Assembly: GCA_963666985.2 (NCBI GenBank)
Contig: CAXXIA010000001.1
Coordinates: 320,001-384,000, forward strand
Length of the DNA stretch: 64,000 nt
Origin: Spirochaetia bacterium
Lineage (GTDB): Bacteria; Spirochaetota; Spirochaetia; DSM-2461
Direction: 5' to 3'
The position numbers and the translations under genes are program-made. The notes under the pieces are model-generated. The model saw only the letters and a program-made list of their open reading frames with translations. It had not been told where the DNA came from and ran no database searches. Shown here in pieces: positions 47,657 through 57,328 of the stretch (position 1 is the stretch's first letter; every line of letters starts with the position of its first letter).

Positions 47657-49006
47657 TTACTTGGAAGGAATAGCGAGGTTATCGGCGACTTGCTGCTTAA
47701 AGTCGGCAATAGCCTGTGCTCGGCTCTTATTGCCCGCAGAGTATTCGCGTACCTGATCCCGCCAGATCATGTTGATGGATTCGTCATACTGGTTTTTGTT
47801 CCGGCCGGTGGCAAAAGCGCCGGCGGGTACAAAGGCGTCGAACATGTTCTGTCCGCCGAGGAACGGAAGTGTACCGTCGGACATTTTCATAACGGTACCG
47901 GAGGCAACCGTGTCTTTTGTTCCGCCGGGGCCGTTGAGAGTACCGTTGGCCCAGTAGTACTGAAGACCGGTTTTGGAACTGTCGAGGGTAATCCATTCGA
48001 TGATTTCACCGACGGCATCTTTGACCTTGCTGTCTTTATTGGCGATCACCCAGGTACCGCCCCAGAAGAATCCCACGGGAGGTTCACAGACGGCCCAGTC
48101 GCCATAAGTGCCTTCGCCGGGAGCCGAACCGCCGCAGTTGCCGGCCATAACGTAGTTTATCAGCCATGCGGGACCGAAATAGCCGAAAATCGGCTGCGGG
48201 CCGGCGTCTTTCATGTCGGCGAACCACGCATCGGTCCAGTCACGAGTATCATTATGATAGCCTTTGTCCAGAAGTTCTTTGGCTATGTCCAGGAAGGCTT
48301 CTCTATCCGGATCGAGATACAGTTTACCGTCGACAACCCAGCCCTTCTTGGAGGCGCCTTCAACGGCATGCCAAATGTCGCCGTCGCCGGAAACGATACC
48401 GTAACCTTTGGCCTTCAGAGCCGCGGCGGCTTGGAAGAATTTATCCCAGCCCGGACCGACTTTGGTCTTAATCACGGCGGGATCGTCCGTTCCCCAGACA
48501 TCCTTGGCGATCGAACGGCGGTAAATGAACGCACCGCCGGTTGCCTGGTAACCCAGTCCGACGAGTTTCCCTGAACCGTTTGTTCCGATTTCAACGGTAT
48601 AGGGTGCAATCTCGGCTTTTTTCAGAAGTGTATCCACATCAATCCCGAGATCTTTATACGGCGCGGCGAATTGAGAGGCATCACCTTGGGTATACTTCAG
48701 AACGAACGCCGATTCCGCGCAGTAGAGGTCGGGCGCATCCGCACCGCCGCTCATAAGCGCCTGATCGAGAGCCGGCTGATAAGCTCCGTCGGTGGTGGCG
48801 ATGATGGTGGTTTTGATTTCATAGTCGAAATCGGGATTCATCTCTTTGTAGCGCGCCAGCATCTTGGGGACTTCGTCGGTGAAACTCCAGACGTTGATTA
48901 CCTTGGGACCTGCGGCCGCCGATGAGCCTTCATCACCGCCGTTGGCGAATACGACGCCGGTAGCCAGTAACGTGATGCTCATAATAACAAGCATGAGCTT
49001 TCTCAT
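47657..49006 (-). CDS. Oligosaccharide ABC transporter substrate-binding protein
   Basis: Signal peptide ending VFANG, INVWSF, APDL, FFWGGTW. SD AGGAGG. Confidence 0.93.
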   Translation of the reverse strand: MRKLMLVIMSITLLATGVVFANGGDEGSSAAAGPKVINVWSFTDEVPKMLARYKEMNPDFDYEIKTTIIATTDGAYQPALDQALMSGGADAPDLYCAESAFVLKYTQGDASQFAAPYKDLGIDVDTLLKKAEIAPYTVEIGTNGSGKLVGLGYQATGGAFIYRRSIAKDVWGTDDPAVIKTKVGPGWDKFFQAAAALKAKGYGIVSGDGDIWHAVEGASKKGWVVDGKLYLDPDREAFLDIAKELLDKGYHNDTRDWTDAWFADMKDAGPQPIFGYFGPAWLINYVMAGNCGGSAPGEGTYGDWAVCEPPVGFFWGGTWVIANKDSKVKDAVGEIIEWITLDSSKTGLQYYWANGTLNGPGGTKDTVASGTVMKMSDGTLPFLGGQNMFDAFVPAGAFATGRNKNQYDESINMIWRDQVREYSAGNKSRAQAIADFKQQVADNLAIPSK

Positions 49007-49070
49007 TAGAATACCTCCTGTTTTTTTACGGATCTCCTTACGGAGTATCCTTAAAATCCAACAGTATTTT

Positions 49071-49136
49071 ATGGGCGAGAAAACCCCTCCCGATAGGGGC
49101 GAAAATTCCGGTTTGCTTATAGGTGGATTTACCTAT
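49071..49136. promoter_or_regulatory. Three phased 18-bp boxes, candidate NarL/LuxR binding sites
   Basis: ATGGGCGAGAAAACCCCT (49071), AGGGGCGAAAATTCCGGT (49095) and ATAGGTGGATTTACCTAT (49119) share A-N2-GG-N8-CC-N2-T at an exact 24-bp period. Confidence 0.6.
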
Positions 49137-49779
49137 GAGTGGCTTGAAACCAGGATACGGCGAATCGCCTGACATCGGCGCTGCTTTCCAGATTAAGCTT
49201 TTCTTTCAGGTGTTCCTGATAGGTGTTGACGGTTTTAACCGATAAAGCCAAGTTCCGGGCGATTTCCGTTGCGCCGAATCCTTGGCCGATGAATTCAAGG
49301 ACTTCCGTTTCGCGTTCGGAAAGGCGGTCTATAGGGGAATTCTCACCGTCTTTGGGCGCGGCAAACATCGATTCAAGAATCCTGTTGTTCATTCGTTCCG
49401 ATAAATAGACTCTTCCCGAAAGGACTGTTCGGATGGCTTCAAGAATTGTTTCGGGAGCTTCCTGTTTCATGACAAGTCCGCGGGCGCCGGCTTTCATGGA
49501 ACGTTCCGCGTAGACGATTTCATCATGCATCGTGACAATCAGGACCGGTACGTCCGGATGGATTTTTTTCATTGTCCGAACCAAATCCAGACCGTTGTCG
49601 TTTCGCAAAGAAATATCCACCAGAGCGATATCGGGAGTTAATTGTTCCAAAGATTTTAAGGCTTCTTCGGAACTGCCCGCCTCCGAGGCGACTTTATAAT
49701 CGGTTTGGCTGTGAATCAACGCGACCAATCCTTGCCTGAAAACCGGATGATCGTCCACAACAAGAAAGTGCCTGATCAT
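49129..49779 (-). CDS. NarL/LuxR-family response regulator
   Basis: VVDDHPVFRQGL, ALVDISL, LSERETEVL..IGQG...EIA..L.LSVKTV. Confidence 0.96.
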   Translation of the reverse strand: MIRHFLVVDDHPVFRQGLVALIHSQTDYKVASEAGSSEEALKSLEQLTPDIALVDISLRNDNGLDLVRTMKKIHPDVPVLIVTMHDEIVYAERSMKAGARGLVMKQEAPETILEAIRTVLSGRVYLSERMNNRILESMFAAPKDGENSPIDRLSERETEVLEFIGQGFGATEIARNLALSVKTVNTYQEHLKEKLNLESSADVRRFAVSWFQATHR

Positions 49780-51875
49780 ATCGTGCCTCTGAGAACGGGG
49801 AGTGTATATCGGACGACGGTACCGGTGGTTCCGGTTTCTATTTTTAAATTTCCTCCGGTTTTCTCGGCTCTATACCGCATTATTTTCAATCCCATGCCGT
49901 CCACGGGTTTTTTTTGAGCAATGCCTTTTCCGTTGTCGGCCACCTCCGCGGTGAAAAACGGGGAACCTTCCGAATCGAAAGTATCCATAATACGGATTTG
50001 AATGCCGCTGCAGCCGCTGTGGCGGACCGAGTTGTGAAGGGCTTCCTGAATTATTCTGTAAATCTCCAAGGTTTGTTCCTTATCATCATCTTCCCATTGG
50101 GAATCAACGGTTACCGATACCGATATGCCCGAACTGGAATGAATCGCCTCGGCAAGAGCCTTGAGCGCCAAGAGAAGCCCTTCTTCCATAAGCCCGACGG
50201 GAAGGAGTCCTCTGGCGATGGCTTTGGTCCGTTCAATGGAATCCGCCAGAAGTTTATTAATTGTCGCGATACCGTCCCGGAGATTTCGGTCTTCGTTTTT
50301 GAGTCTGCTTTCCAAAACGCTGGTGTGCATGGCGATTCCCGCGAGGTATTGGCAGAGATCGTCATGCAGATCCTGACCGATACGCTCCATGGTTCGGCGG
50401 GATATTTCCGTAACTTCGGCCTCCAGGCGAATCCGTTTATCTATTTCTTTGCGGAGCATCCGGTTGGTTTCGGAGATTTGCCTGGTACGCCTGACCACTT
50501 CTTTTTCCAGACTCCGTTCATGTCCTCGGATTTGTTCCAGAAGCTGGGCCCCTTGAAGAGAACTCGCCAGCTGCATGGCCAGAATCTCATAAACATCGCC
50601 GCCCGAAGAGTCCGTGGGAAGAATGAGATAGCCCAGAGCATGATCCAGAAAGACCAAAGGTACGAGAATCCATATCTTTCCGGAACGCGCGGTGAGCAGT
50701 CCTTCGGGCAGAATCCGAGAAGCCGGAACGATGATTTTTTTCTTTGGAAAAACAGACGGTGCTTCTTCAATCAGATTATGGAGTATCCGTTCCGTTGAAT
50801 TTTCATCTCCGCCGTAGAGAACGAGAAATCCGTCGCCGAAACCGATTTTCCGGAGTCCTTCGCGAAGACGGGCAAGAAGAGCCGATGTTTCGAAGGTTTC
50901 GGAAAGTGAAAAGCCGATTTCCCTTAAGACTTTGCTTCGCTCTTTTTCTTCCAGGCGGCGGGTGGCTTGGATATGACTCTGCTGAAGATGTGAAGAGTCC
51001 TTTTCATTCTCTTCATGGGCGGCGCAGCCGCAAGATTGGCGATAAACCGGCCGGCAACCGAGATCGATATTTCGACGTTCTCCTCCTTTCATCATCAGCC
51101 GCAGTTCTTTCATAGCCTCCCGCCCCAGGTCTTTGAGCGGCTGGTGAACCGTTGTGAGAGGAGGATTCGAATACAGTGTTTCCTCAATTCCGTCAAATCC
51201 CGTCAGTGAGATGTCTTCGGGAACACGAATTCCTCTGCATTGGAGTTCCTTCATGGCGGCCAGAGCCATTCTATCGTTGAAACTGATAATGGCATCGGGC
51301 TTTATCGGTGATTCTAAAAACTTTGAGACGGCATCTCTGCCGGATTCGGGTTCGAATGTTCCGTTGAACAGCAGCCGCGGATCCAATGTCAAACCATGAT
51401 CCTTTAAGCGCTGTTCCACGGCCAGCCGGCGCTGTTCCGATTCAACATGCCACCGGGGCCCGGCGATTACGGCGATTCGGGAGCGATGGTGTACATCAAT
51501 AATATGGTCCACCAGCTCTCCGAGGGCATTCCGGTTATCCACACCGACATTGCCCGCGCCTTCCACCGGTACGCCTATGGAAACCATGGGGATAGCTCCG
51601 TGGGCGTCGAAGAGCCGCTGTATCCGTTCCCTTCCAGCATATGTTGAGATTGCTCCGGCGATAACAATCAGACCGCTGATGTTTTCCGGAGTCGCCATTT
51701 CATAAACGGCATTGGCCGCGGCTTCTTGAGCATCAGGCGAATCGATTCTTGAACCCAGAAAGCAGATGACGCTGTCGTCGCTCCGAGAGGCTTCTTCGGT
51801 AATGCCTTCCCATACGCCTTCTTGGTAGGAGTCGCTGAGTTCCGCCGTTAAAACGCCGATTTTTCTTCCTTTCAT
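49776..51875 (-). CDS. Cytoplasmic histidine kinase: LacI-type sugar-binding domain + HisKA_3 + HATPase
   Basis: N-terminal LacI effector fold without HTH (PDAIISFNDRMA, VPEDISLTGFD, PPLTTVHQP, RQSCGC). RIGQDLHDDLCQ, QEALHNSVRH, DNGKG, GMGL. No TM helix. Confidence 0.92.
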   Translation of the reverse strand: MKGRKIGVLTAELSDSYQEGVWEGITEEASRSDDSVICFLGSRIDSPDAQEAAANAVYEMATPENISGLIVIAGAISTYAGRERIQRLFDAHGAIPMVSIGVPVEGAGNVGVDNRNALGELVDHIIDVHHRSRIAVIAGPRWHVESEQRRLAVEQRLKDHGLTLDPRLLFNGTFEPESGRDAVSKFLESPIKPDAIISFNDRMALAAMKELQCRGIRVPEDISLTGFDGIEETLYSNPPLTTVHQPLKDLGREAMKELRLMMKGGERRNIDLGCRPVYRQSCGCAAHEENEKDSSHLQQSHIQATRRLEEKERSKVLREIGFSLSETFETSALLARLREGLRKIGFGDGFLVLYGGDENSTERILHNLIEEAPSVFPKKKIIVPASRILPEGLLTARSGKIWILVPLVFLDHALGYLILPTDSSGGDVYEILAMQLASSLQGAQLLEQIRGHERSLEKEVVRRTRQISETNRMLRKEIDKRIRLEAEVTEISRRTMERIGQDLHDDLCQYLAGIAMHTSVLESRLKNEDRNLRDGIATINKLLADSIERTKAIARGLLPVGLMEEGLLLALKALAEAIHSSSGISVSVTVDSQWEDDDKEQTLEIYRIIQEALHNSVRHSGCSGIQIRIMDTFDSEGSPFFTAEVADNGKGIAQKKPVDGMGLKIMRYRAEKTGGNLKIETGTTGTVVRYTLPVLRGTI

Positions 51876-52001
51876 TCCGACCCATGGTACGCCCGGATTG
51901 TCATATATTCAAATAAAAAGCTCCGGCGATGAAGCGCTTGGGGGAGTCTCGGGTTGAAAAAAGAGAGGCGGGCGGAAGCATTCACCGCATAAAGCGGCGG
52001 A

Positions 52002-52919
52002 TTATATTCGATTTTGAAGCCGCGTGATTTTCGTGTCGATCCGGTCGATTTCGGCTTCGATATCGGCTCTTTTACGGACCAGCTTCACCCGTTCCTGCTG
52101 AAGTTTCCATATATAGGCCTGGACATCATGGATTTCGTTATCCATATATTCTTCAACAACATCTCGGATCAGACGTCCCGGAAGCGCCGGATCATTTTTA
52201 TTGCGGCGAAGGGCCTCTTCAAAGGCGGCTTTTCGGTTCTCTTCATCTTTTAGCCGCCCGAATTGCGCCGCCGAGCTCGTGGTGAGGGAGTGAGCGGCAT
52301 CGGCGGTTTTGTTATTTTCGGAAGTTTTTTTTCCCTTCGCCGCGTTTTGAGCATCGGCGGCGTCCGGTACGTCTTCCGGTTCGTCGGCGTCCGCGGGAAA
52401 AGTCTCGGCGGACGCGTCATCGGCGGTTTTTAAAACGGTGTTCGGCTCGGAATCCCCGGAGTCGTCTTCTTTGTCGGTCGATGAGCGCAGCAGGGACTCA
52501 CGGGCCGAACCGGCCCCGACGATAGCGGAAACCCATTGGGCCGATTTCCCGAGTCTTGCCCCAACCTTTTCTTGGTTCCCGTGTTTCTCCACCAGAATGG
52601 CGACTCCTCGTTCAAGGTCTTCCGGCGGCAGAGCCTCGGCCTGAATGTTTTCCACGAGCTGGAATTCCACGAGATCCGCTCCGGAGAGGGGTTTTATAAT
52701 GCGCGCCAAGAAATTAATGCCCAAATGACGGCAGGCATTGGCTCGGCGGTGACCCGTCGCAAGGCGGAATTGATTCTCTTCCCACCAGCCTGTTCCGGGT
52801 TCCAGCTGTCCGTGCTCTTGAATGGATGCGGCAAGAGCACCTGTTTCATCGAGGATGCTTCGAATGTTCGGTGACGACCAGTCTATGTTTTCCGGAGGGA
52901 TTTCTTGTATGTCGATCAT
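52002..52919 (-). CDS. Orphan ParB/RepB/Spo0J-family protein with an acidic insert
   Basis: LAASIQEHGQLEP, TGHRR (GxRR), QLVENIQ, HTH NQEKVGARLGKSAQWVS, C-terminal coiled coil. Confidence 0.85.
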   Translation of the reverse strand: MIDIQEIPPENIDWSSPNIRSILDETGALAASIQEHGQLEPGTGWWEENQFRLATGHRRANACRHLGINFLARIIKPLSGADLVEFQLVENIQAEALPPEDLERGVAILVEKHGNQEKVGARLGKSAQWVSAIVGAGSARESLLRSSTDKEDDSGDSEPNTVLKTADDASAETFPADADEPEDVPDAADAQNAAKGKKTSENNKTADAAHSLTTSSAAQFGRLKDEENRKAAFEEALRRNKNDPALPGRLIRDVVEEYMDNEIHDVQAYIWKLQQERVKLVRKRADIEAEIDRIDTKITRLQNRI

Positions 52920-55312
52920 GATTCAGACGATCCGATACTGTTTTGCTTATCTTCTTTCGTTATTTCCTTAATATGATACAGCCGTGAACCGAAGTCGCCC
53001 ACCAAGCGGATCTGCTCGTTATAGCCCGTGCCGATGAACTGATTCGGCAGTCTGTATCCGGCATACATCAGTTCATCTCCGCCGGCTTCGAAGGAATCTG
53101 TTTTCTGTTCGAACATATAATGATTGCTCACCATCGTATGAACAACACCGTCGGCCTTCATCTTGACCGGACTGATCTGATTTATCAAATCTCCGAAGGC
53201 TTTGATGTTCAAATACTGAGTTCGTCCGCCAACCGCATAAAGAGCATCTTCTTTCAGCCCCAAGGGCCTGATGTCTTCGAATCCCATGTTCGGTTTCTGG
53301 AGTTTCTGATAATCACCCACCATGGCTTCCGAGCCGTCTTCACTGACGACCATCCAGAGAGTTCTGTTCGAATCAAAAGGTGATTCGATACGGTGGAACC
53401 GGCCGAACTGGAACAGATTGCGATGCTCCTTATAGAATTCAATCTGCTTGGTAATCACTTTCTTGTCGAAAGCGTTGATTTTCGTTACATCCAGCTCGTA
53501 GCCCAGAAGTCCGAACGCCGCTGTATTGAACCGCGTTTCGATGGGCGTATTTCGAAGAACCTGGTGAGACGGTTCACCGCTGACATGAGCTCCCATGGTT
53601 GAGAGAGGGTAGGCGAATGAGGTGCCGTATTGGATGTCGAGACGTTCGATCGCGTCGGTATTGTCGCTGGTCCAGGTCTGCGGCATGTAATAGAGCATGC
53701 CTGCGTCGAATCGGTTCCCGCCGCTGGCGCAGGATTCGAAAAGGATATCCGGAAATCGTTTCTTTAGATGATCAAGGATTGCATAAAGGCCCAGAACATA
53801 GCGGTGGACAAGTTCTTTTTGGCGTTCAGGGGGCAGGGCGGCGGAATATGCATCGCTGAGATTCCGGTTCATGTCCCATTTCACATAGCTCACGCCGGAG
53901 CGTTCAAAAAGATCCGTTAAGGTTGTTTTTAAATACTCAACAACCTCATCGTTGGCTAAATCCAGCATCAGCTGATGGCGGCCCTTGGAAGGCGGCCGAT
54001 TCGGCAATTTTATCGCCCAATCGGGATGTTCTTCATAAAGACGGCTTTTTTCATTCACCATCTCCGGTTCCACCCAGAGACCGAATTCCAGTCCGAGTTT
54101 CCGAATCTTGGAACCGAGCCGCTCCAATCCTCCGGGAAGTTTCTTTTTGTCTTCAAACCAGTCCCCGAGACTGCTTGTATCATCGTCCCGTTTGCCGAAC
54201 CATCCGTCGTCCAGAACAAAAAGTTCAATGCCCAGTTTCGCCGCTTCACCGGCAAGGGCAAGAAGTTTCTGCTCATTGAAATCAAAATAGGTGGCTTCCC
54301 AGTTGTTCAGAAGCACCGGTCGCGGAACGCCTTGCCACCGGAGCGGAATGATATGATGGTTGATGAAATCATGAAAGTTTCGGCTCATGCCGTTCAGGCC
54401 TTCGTTCGACCAGGTTAACAGGGATTCGGGTGCCTGAAAGGATTCACCGGCCTCCAGCCTCCAGGAAAAATCGAAGGGATTAATTCCCATCTGCACGCGC
54501 AAAAGATCGTGCGGACTAACCTCCGCGCTTGCCATGTGGCTGCCGCTGTAGACCAGAAGAAATCCGTAAGCTTCGCCCTCCGTCTCTCCTGTTCGTTCAC
54601 CGGCGAGGCACAGAAAAGGATTGTGATTCGCGCTGCTGACGCCTTTTTTGGAATCGATGGAGAACATCCCTTCCCGCAAGGGGGCGCGATGAACATGCCG
54701 TTCCCGAATCCATTTTCCGTCCAGGGTAATCACATCGAAATTCGATCGGGGAAAATCCAGGTTGAAGCTCATCAGCTTTTCCGTGATAACCGGCGAATCG
54801 CCGACATTGATTAGGCGGATGCTTCGGGTAATGATGTCCCGTTCGGAAAAGACGGAATAGCTCAGTTCCGCTTTAATGCCGACGAGATTGTCCGAGAGCG
54901 TTATTACGAGGGTTTGAACATCGCTTTCACCGTCCGCGGGAAACGATGAAGGCAATCCTTCAAGCGGCTCTTTTCCGTTATAAATACGGTGGGATTCATA
55001 CGTACAATCAAGAACACGGGAACCGTCTTCAAAAAGCAAGGATAAGGATGGCTCCCTATAGTCGCCTTTTCCGTAAGAAGCCGCTTCCAGCCGTGTTGAA
55101 TCGAGAGTGAAATGAGCGGTTTTTTCATCGTAGTTCGTACTGCCGCCGGGAGCGAGAGCAAAGTTCCGGTAAAGCCTGATGTAGTCGGATTTTTCGCGGA
55201 TACGCCGACCGTAATAGAGCGTGGAAAGGTGTCCGGAAACGAGAACTTTCATGATATAGCTGGTGTTTTGCGTGGAAAGGTGAAATTCTCCTTTACCGGT
55301 ATCGTGGATCAT
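52916..55312 (-). CDS. Alpha-galactosidase, GH36
   Basis: LLNNWEATYF, LFVLDDGWFG, FGLWVEPEMV, YVKWDMNR, ESCASGGNRFD, WTSDNTDA. Confidence 0.97.
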   Translation of the reverse strand: MIHDTGKGEFHLSTQNTSYIMKVLVSGHLSTLYYGRRIREKSDYIRLYRNFALAPGGSTNYDEKTAHFTLDSTRLEAASYGKGDYREPSLSLLFEDGSRVLDCTYESHRIYNGKEPLEGLPSSFPADGESDVQTLVITLSDNLVGIKAELSYSVFSERDIITRSIRLINVGDSPVITEKLMSFNLDFPRSNFDVITLDGKWIRERHVHRAPLREGMFSIDSKKGVSSANHNPFLCLAGERTGETEGEAYGFLLVYSGSHMASAEVSPHDLLRVQMGINPFDFSWRLEAGESFQAPESLLTWSNEGLNGMSRNFHDFINHHIIPLRWQGVPRPVLLNNWEATYFDFNEQKLLALAGEAAKLGIELFVLDDGWFGKRDDDTSSLGDWFEDKKKLPGGLERLGSKIRKLGLEFGLWVEPEMVNEKSRLYEEHPDWAIKLPNRPPSKGRHQLMLDLANDEVVEYLKTTLTDLFERSGVSYVKWDMNRNLSDAYSAALPPERQKELVHRYVLGLYAILDHLKKRFPDILFESCASGGNRFDAGMLYYMPQTWTSDNTDAIERLDIQYGTSFAYPLSTMGAHVSGEPSHQVLRNTPIETRFNTAAFGLLGYELDVTKINAFDKKVITKQIEFYKEHRNLFQFGRFHRIESPFDSNRTLWMVVSEDGSEAMVGDYQKLQKPNMGFEDIRPLGLKEDALYAVGGRTQYLNIKAFGDLINQISPVKMKADGVVHTMVSNHYMFEQKTDSFEAGGDELMYAGYRLPNQFIGTGYNEQIRLVGDFGSRLYHIKEITKEDKQNSIGSSES

Positions 55313-55566
55313 GATTCGCTCCTTTCAAATAATGCCGTTGTTTTATGAGATCAGAGAGTTCATCGTGAAGGAACAAAATCAATCGGTCAATAAGGTTATG
55401 ATTTATAAATTTCTGTGTTAAAAAGAGGTGAGAGAGCGAGACTTAACAGCTGATTCGCAAAACGAAACAGCGAACCGATATTTAAACGATTCTCAGCCCT
55501 TTAAAAAAATCGACCGGGTCTATCGGGATTCGTTCAAAAAAGGCGGGAAAAAGCGAATGGGCGGGA

Positions 55567-55594
55567 AACGGCGACCGGTGCATCGGCCGCCGTT
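55567..55594 (-). terminator. Stem-loop after hydA
   Basis: AACGGCGACCGGT/ATCGGCCGCCGTT imperfect stem just downstream of the stop; weak U tract. Confidence 0.45.
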
Positions 55595-55600
55595 CGTCAG

Positions 55601-57328
55601 TTAGCCTACGCGGCGGTTCGTATAAGAAGTGTGCAGAAGATGATGCGATTTTTCTCCGAGCGGTTCAATCAAGAACTCTTCATACAGTTTTTTGATGGCC
55701 GGATTTTCATGGGACTTTCGAATCTCCATATTCCGATCCACCCGGTAGAGAGCGTCGATCCTTTTCTGTCTTTGGGCATTCGTAGAGCCATAGGGCTGTC
55801 CGCCGCCGCCGATGCAGCCTCCGGGGCAGCACATCACTTCAATAAACGTATAGTCGTTTTCTCCCGATTTAATGGATTCCATAATCTGTTTCGCATGCGC
55901 CAGTCCATGAGCCACGGCGACCTTCACAGGTGTTCCGGCCAGATCCACTTCGGCTTCTTTAATACCTTCCATCCCCCGAACATCTTCGAATTCCACTTCT
56001 TCGAGTTCTTTACCGGTCACAACCTCGTAAACCGTTCTTAAAGCCGCTTCCATAACACCGCCTGTCGCACCGAAGATGGCGGCGGCACCTGTGGAAATCC
56101 CCAGAGGATCATCATATTCGCTTTCTAAAAGCGTGTTGAAATCAATTCCCGCCGAACGCAGCATTCGGCCCAGTTCCCGGGTGGTTAATGCCACATCCAC
56201 ATCACGATAACCGCTGTCGTTCATTTCGGGCCTCTGTGCCTCGTGCTTTTTCGCCGTACAGGGCATGATGGAAACAACAAAGATATCTTCCGCCGGAATT
56301 CCGCTTAGTTGAGAATAGTAAGTTTTCGCCAGAGGACCGAACATCTGCTGAGGCGATTTGCACGTCGATACATGAGGCAAGAGTTCGGGATAATACTGTT
56401 CGATGTAGTTGATCCATCCGGGACTGCAGGAAGTGAGCATGGGCAGTACCCCGCCGTTTTGCAGACGATGAATCAGCTCATGACCTTCCTCAATAATGGT
56501 CAGATCCGCGGTAAAATCGGTATCAAAAACCTTGTCGAATCCCAAAGCCCTCAGGGCACCGACCAGTTTGCCGGTGGAGATTTCCCCCGGCGGGGAATTA
56601 AATTCCTCGGCGATGGAAACCCTTATGGACGGAGCCGTCTGAACCACGACATGTTTCCTTTTATCATCAAGCGCAGACCACACTTCGGAGGTTTGATCTT
56701 TCTCATAAATGGCGCCGACAGGACAGGAGAGAACGCATTGGCCGCAGAGGACGCATCCCACTTCGGAAAGACTTTTACCATATTCGGGAGAAACACAGAT
56801 ATCCGTACTTCTGTTATGGCTGTAGAGGATTCCGACTTCTTGAACATGATGGCAAACCTCGGCGCATCTGCCGCACTTGATGCATTTGTTATTGTCTCGG
56901 ACCAGAGCGGTGGAAGAGAGGTCTAAAGGAAGCCTTTTTTCCTTCTTTTCCGCCTGAATTACCGTTAATCCCAGCATGTCCGATAATTGTCTGAGTTCGC
57001 AGTTCCCGTTGCGAATACACGTAAGGCATTCCTGGGGATGATCCGCCAAAATTAATTCGACAATGGTTTTGACCGTTTCCCGTACCCTTAAGGTATTGGT
57101 GAGGATGCTCATACCTTCTTCAACCACCGTGGAACAGGAAGGTACAAGGTTTTTTCGTCCTTCGATTTCAACAACGCAGACACGGCAATTTGCCTTGACG
57201 CGCTGATCCGGATGATGGCATAAGCTGGGAAGCTTGATCCCGTTTCTTTTGGCCGCTTCCATTATGGTTATTCCCGAAGGAACGGTTATATGATTTCCGT
57301 TCAGACGAATGGCGATATTCTCCTTCAT
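55601..57328 (-). CDS. hydA: [FeFe]-hydrogenase catalytic subunit (group A, NADH-dependent type)
   Basis: H-cluster motifs TSCSPGW, MPCTAKKHE and EVMCCPGGCIGGGGQP. N-terminal 2Fe-2S, His-ligated 4Fe-4S and two 4Fe-4S motifs. LLHT small-subunit tail. Confidence 0.97.
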   Translation of the reverse strand: MKENIAIRLNGNHITVPSGITIMEAAKRNGIKLPSLCHHPDQRVKANCRVCVVEIEGRKNLVPSCSTVVEEGMSILTNTLRVRETVKTIVELILADHPQECLTCIRNGNCELRQLSDMLGLTVIQAEKKEKRLPLDLSSTALVRDNNKCIKCGRCAEVCHHVQEVGILYSHNRSTDICVSPEYGKSLSEVGCVLCGQCVLSCPVGAIYEKDQTSEVWSALDDKRKHVVVQTAPSIRVSIAEEFNSPPGEISTGKLVGALRALGFDKVFDTDFTADLTIIEEGHELIHRLQNGGVLPMLTSCSPGWINYIEQYYPELLPHVSTCKSPQQMFGPLAKTYYSQLSGIPAEDIFVVSIMPCTAKKHEAQRPEMNDSGYRDVDVALTTRELGRMLRSAGIDFNTLLESEYDDPLGISTGAAAIFGATGGVMEAALRTVYEVVTGKELEEVEFEDVRGMEGIKEAEVDLAGTPVKVAVAHGLAHAKQIMESIKSGENDYTFIEVMCCPGGCIGGGGQPYGSTNAQRQKRIDALYRVDRNMEIRKSHENPAIKKLYEEFLIEPLGEKSHHLLHTSYTNRRVG

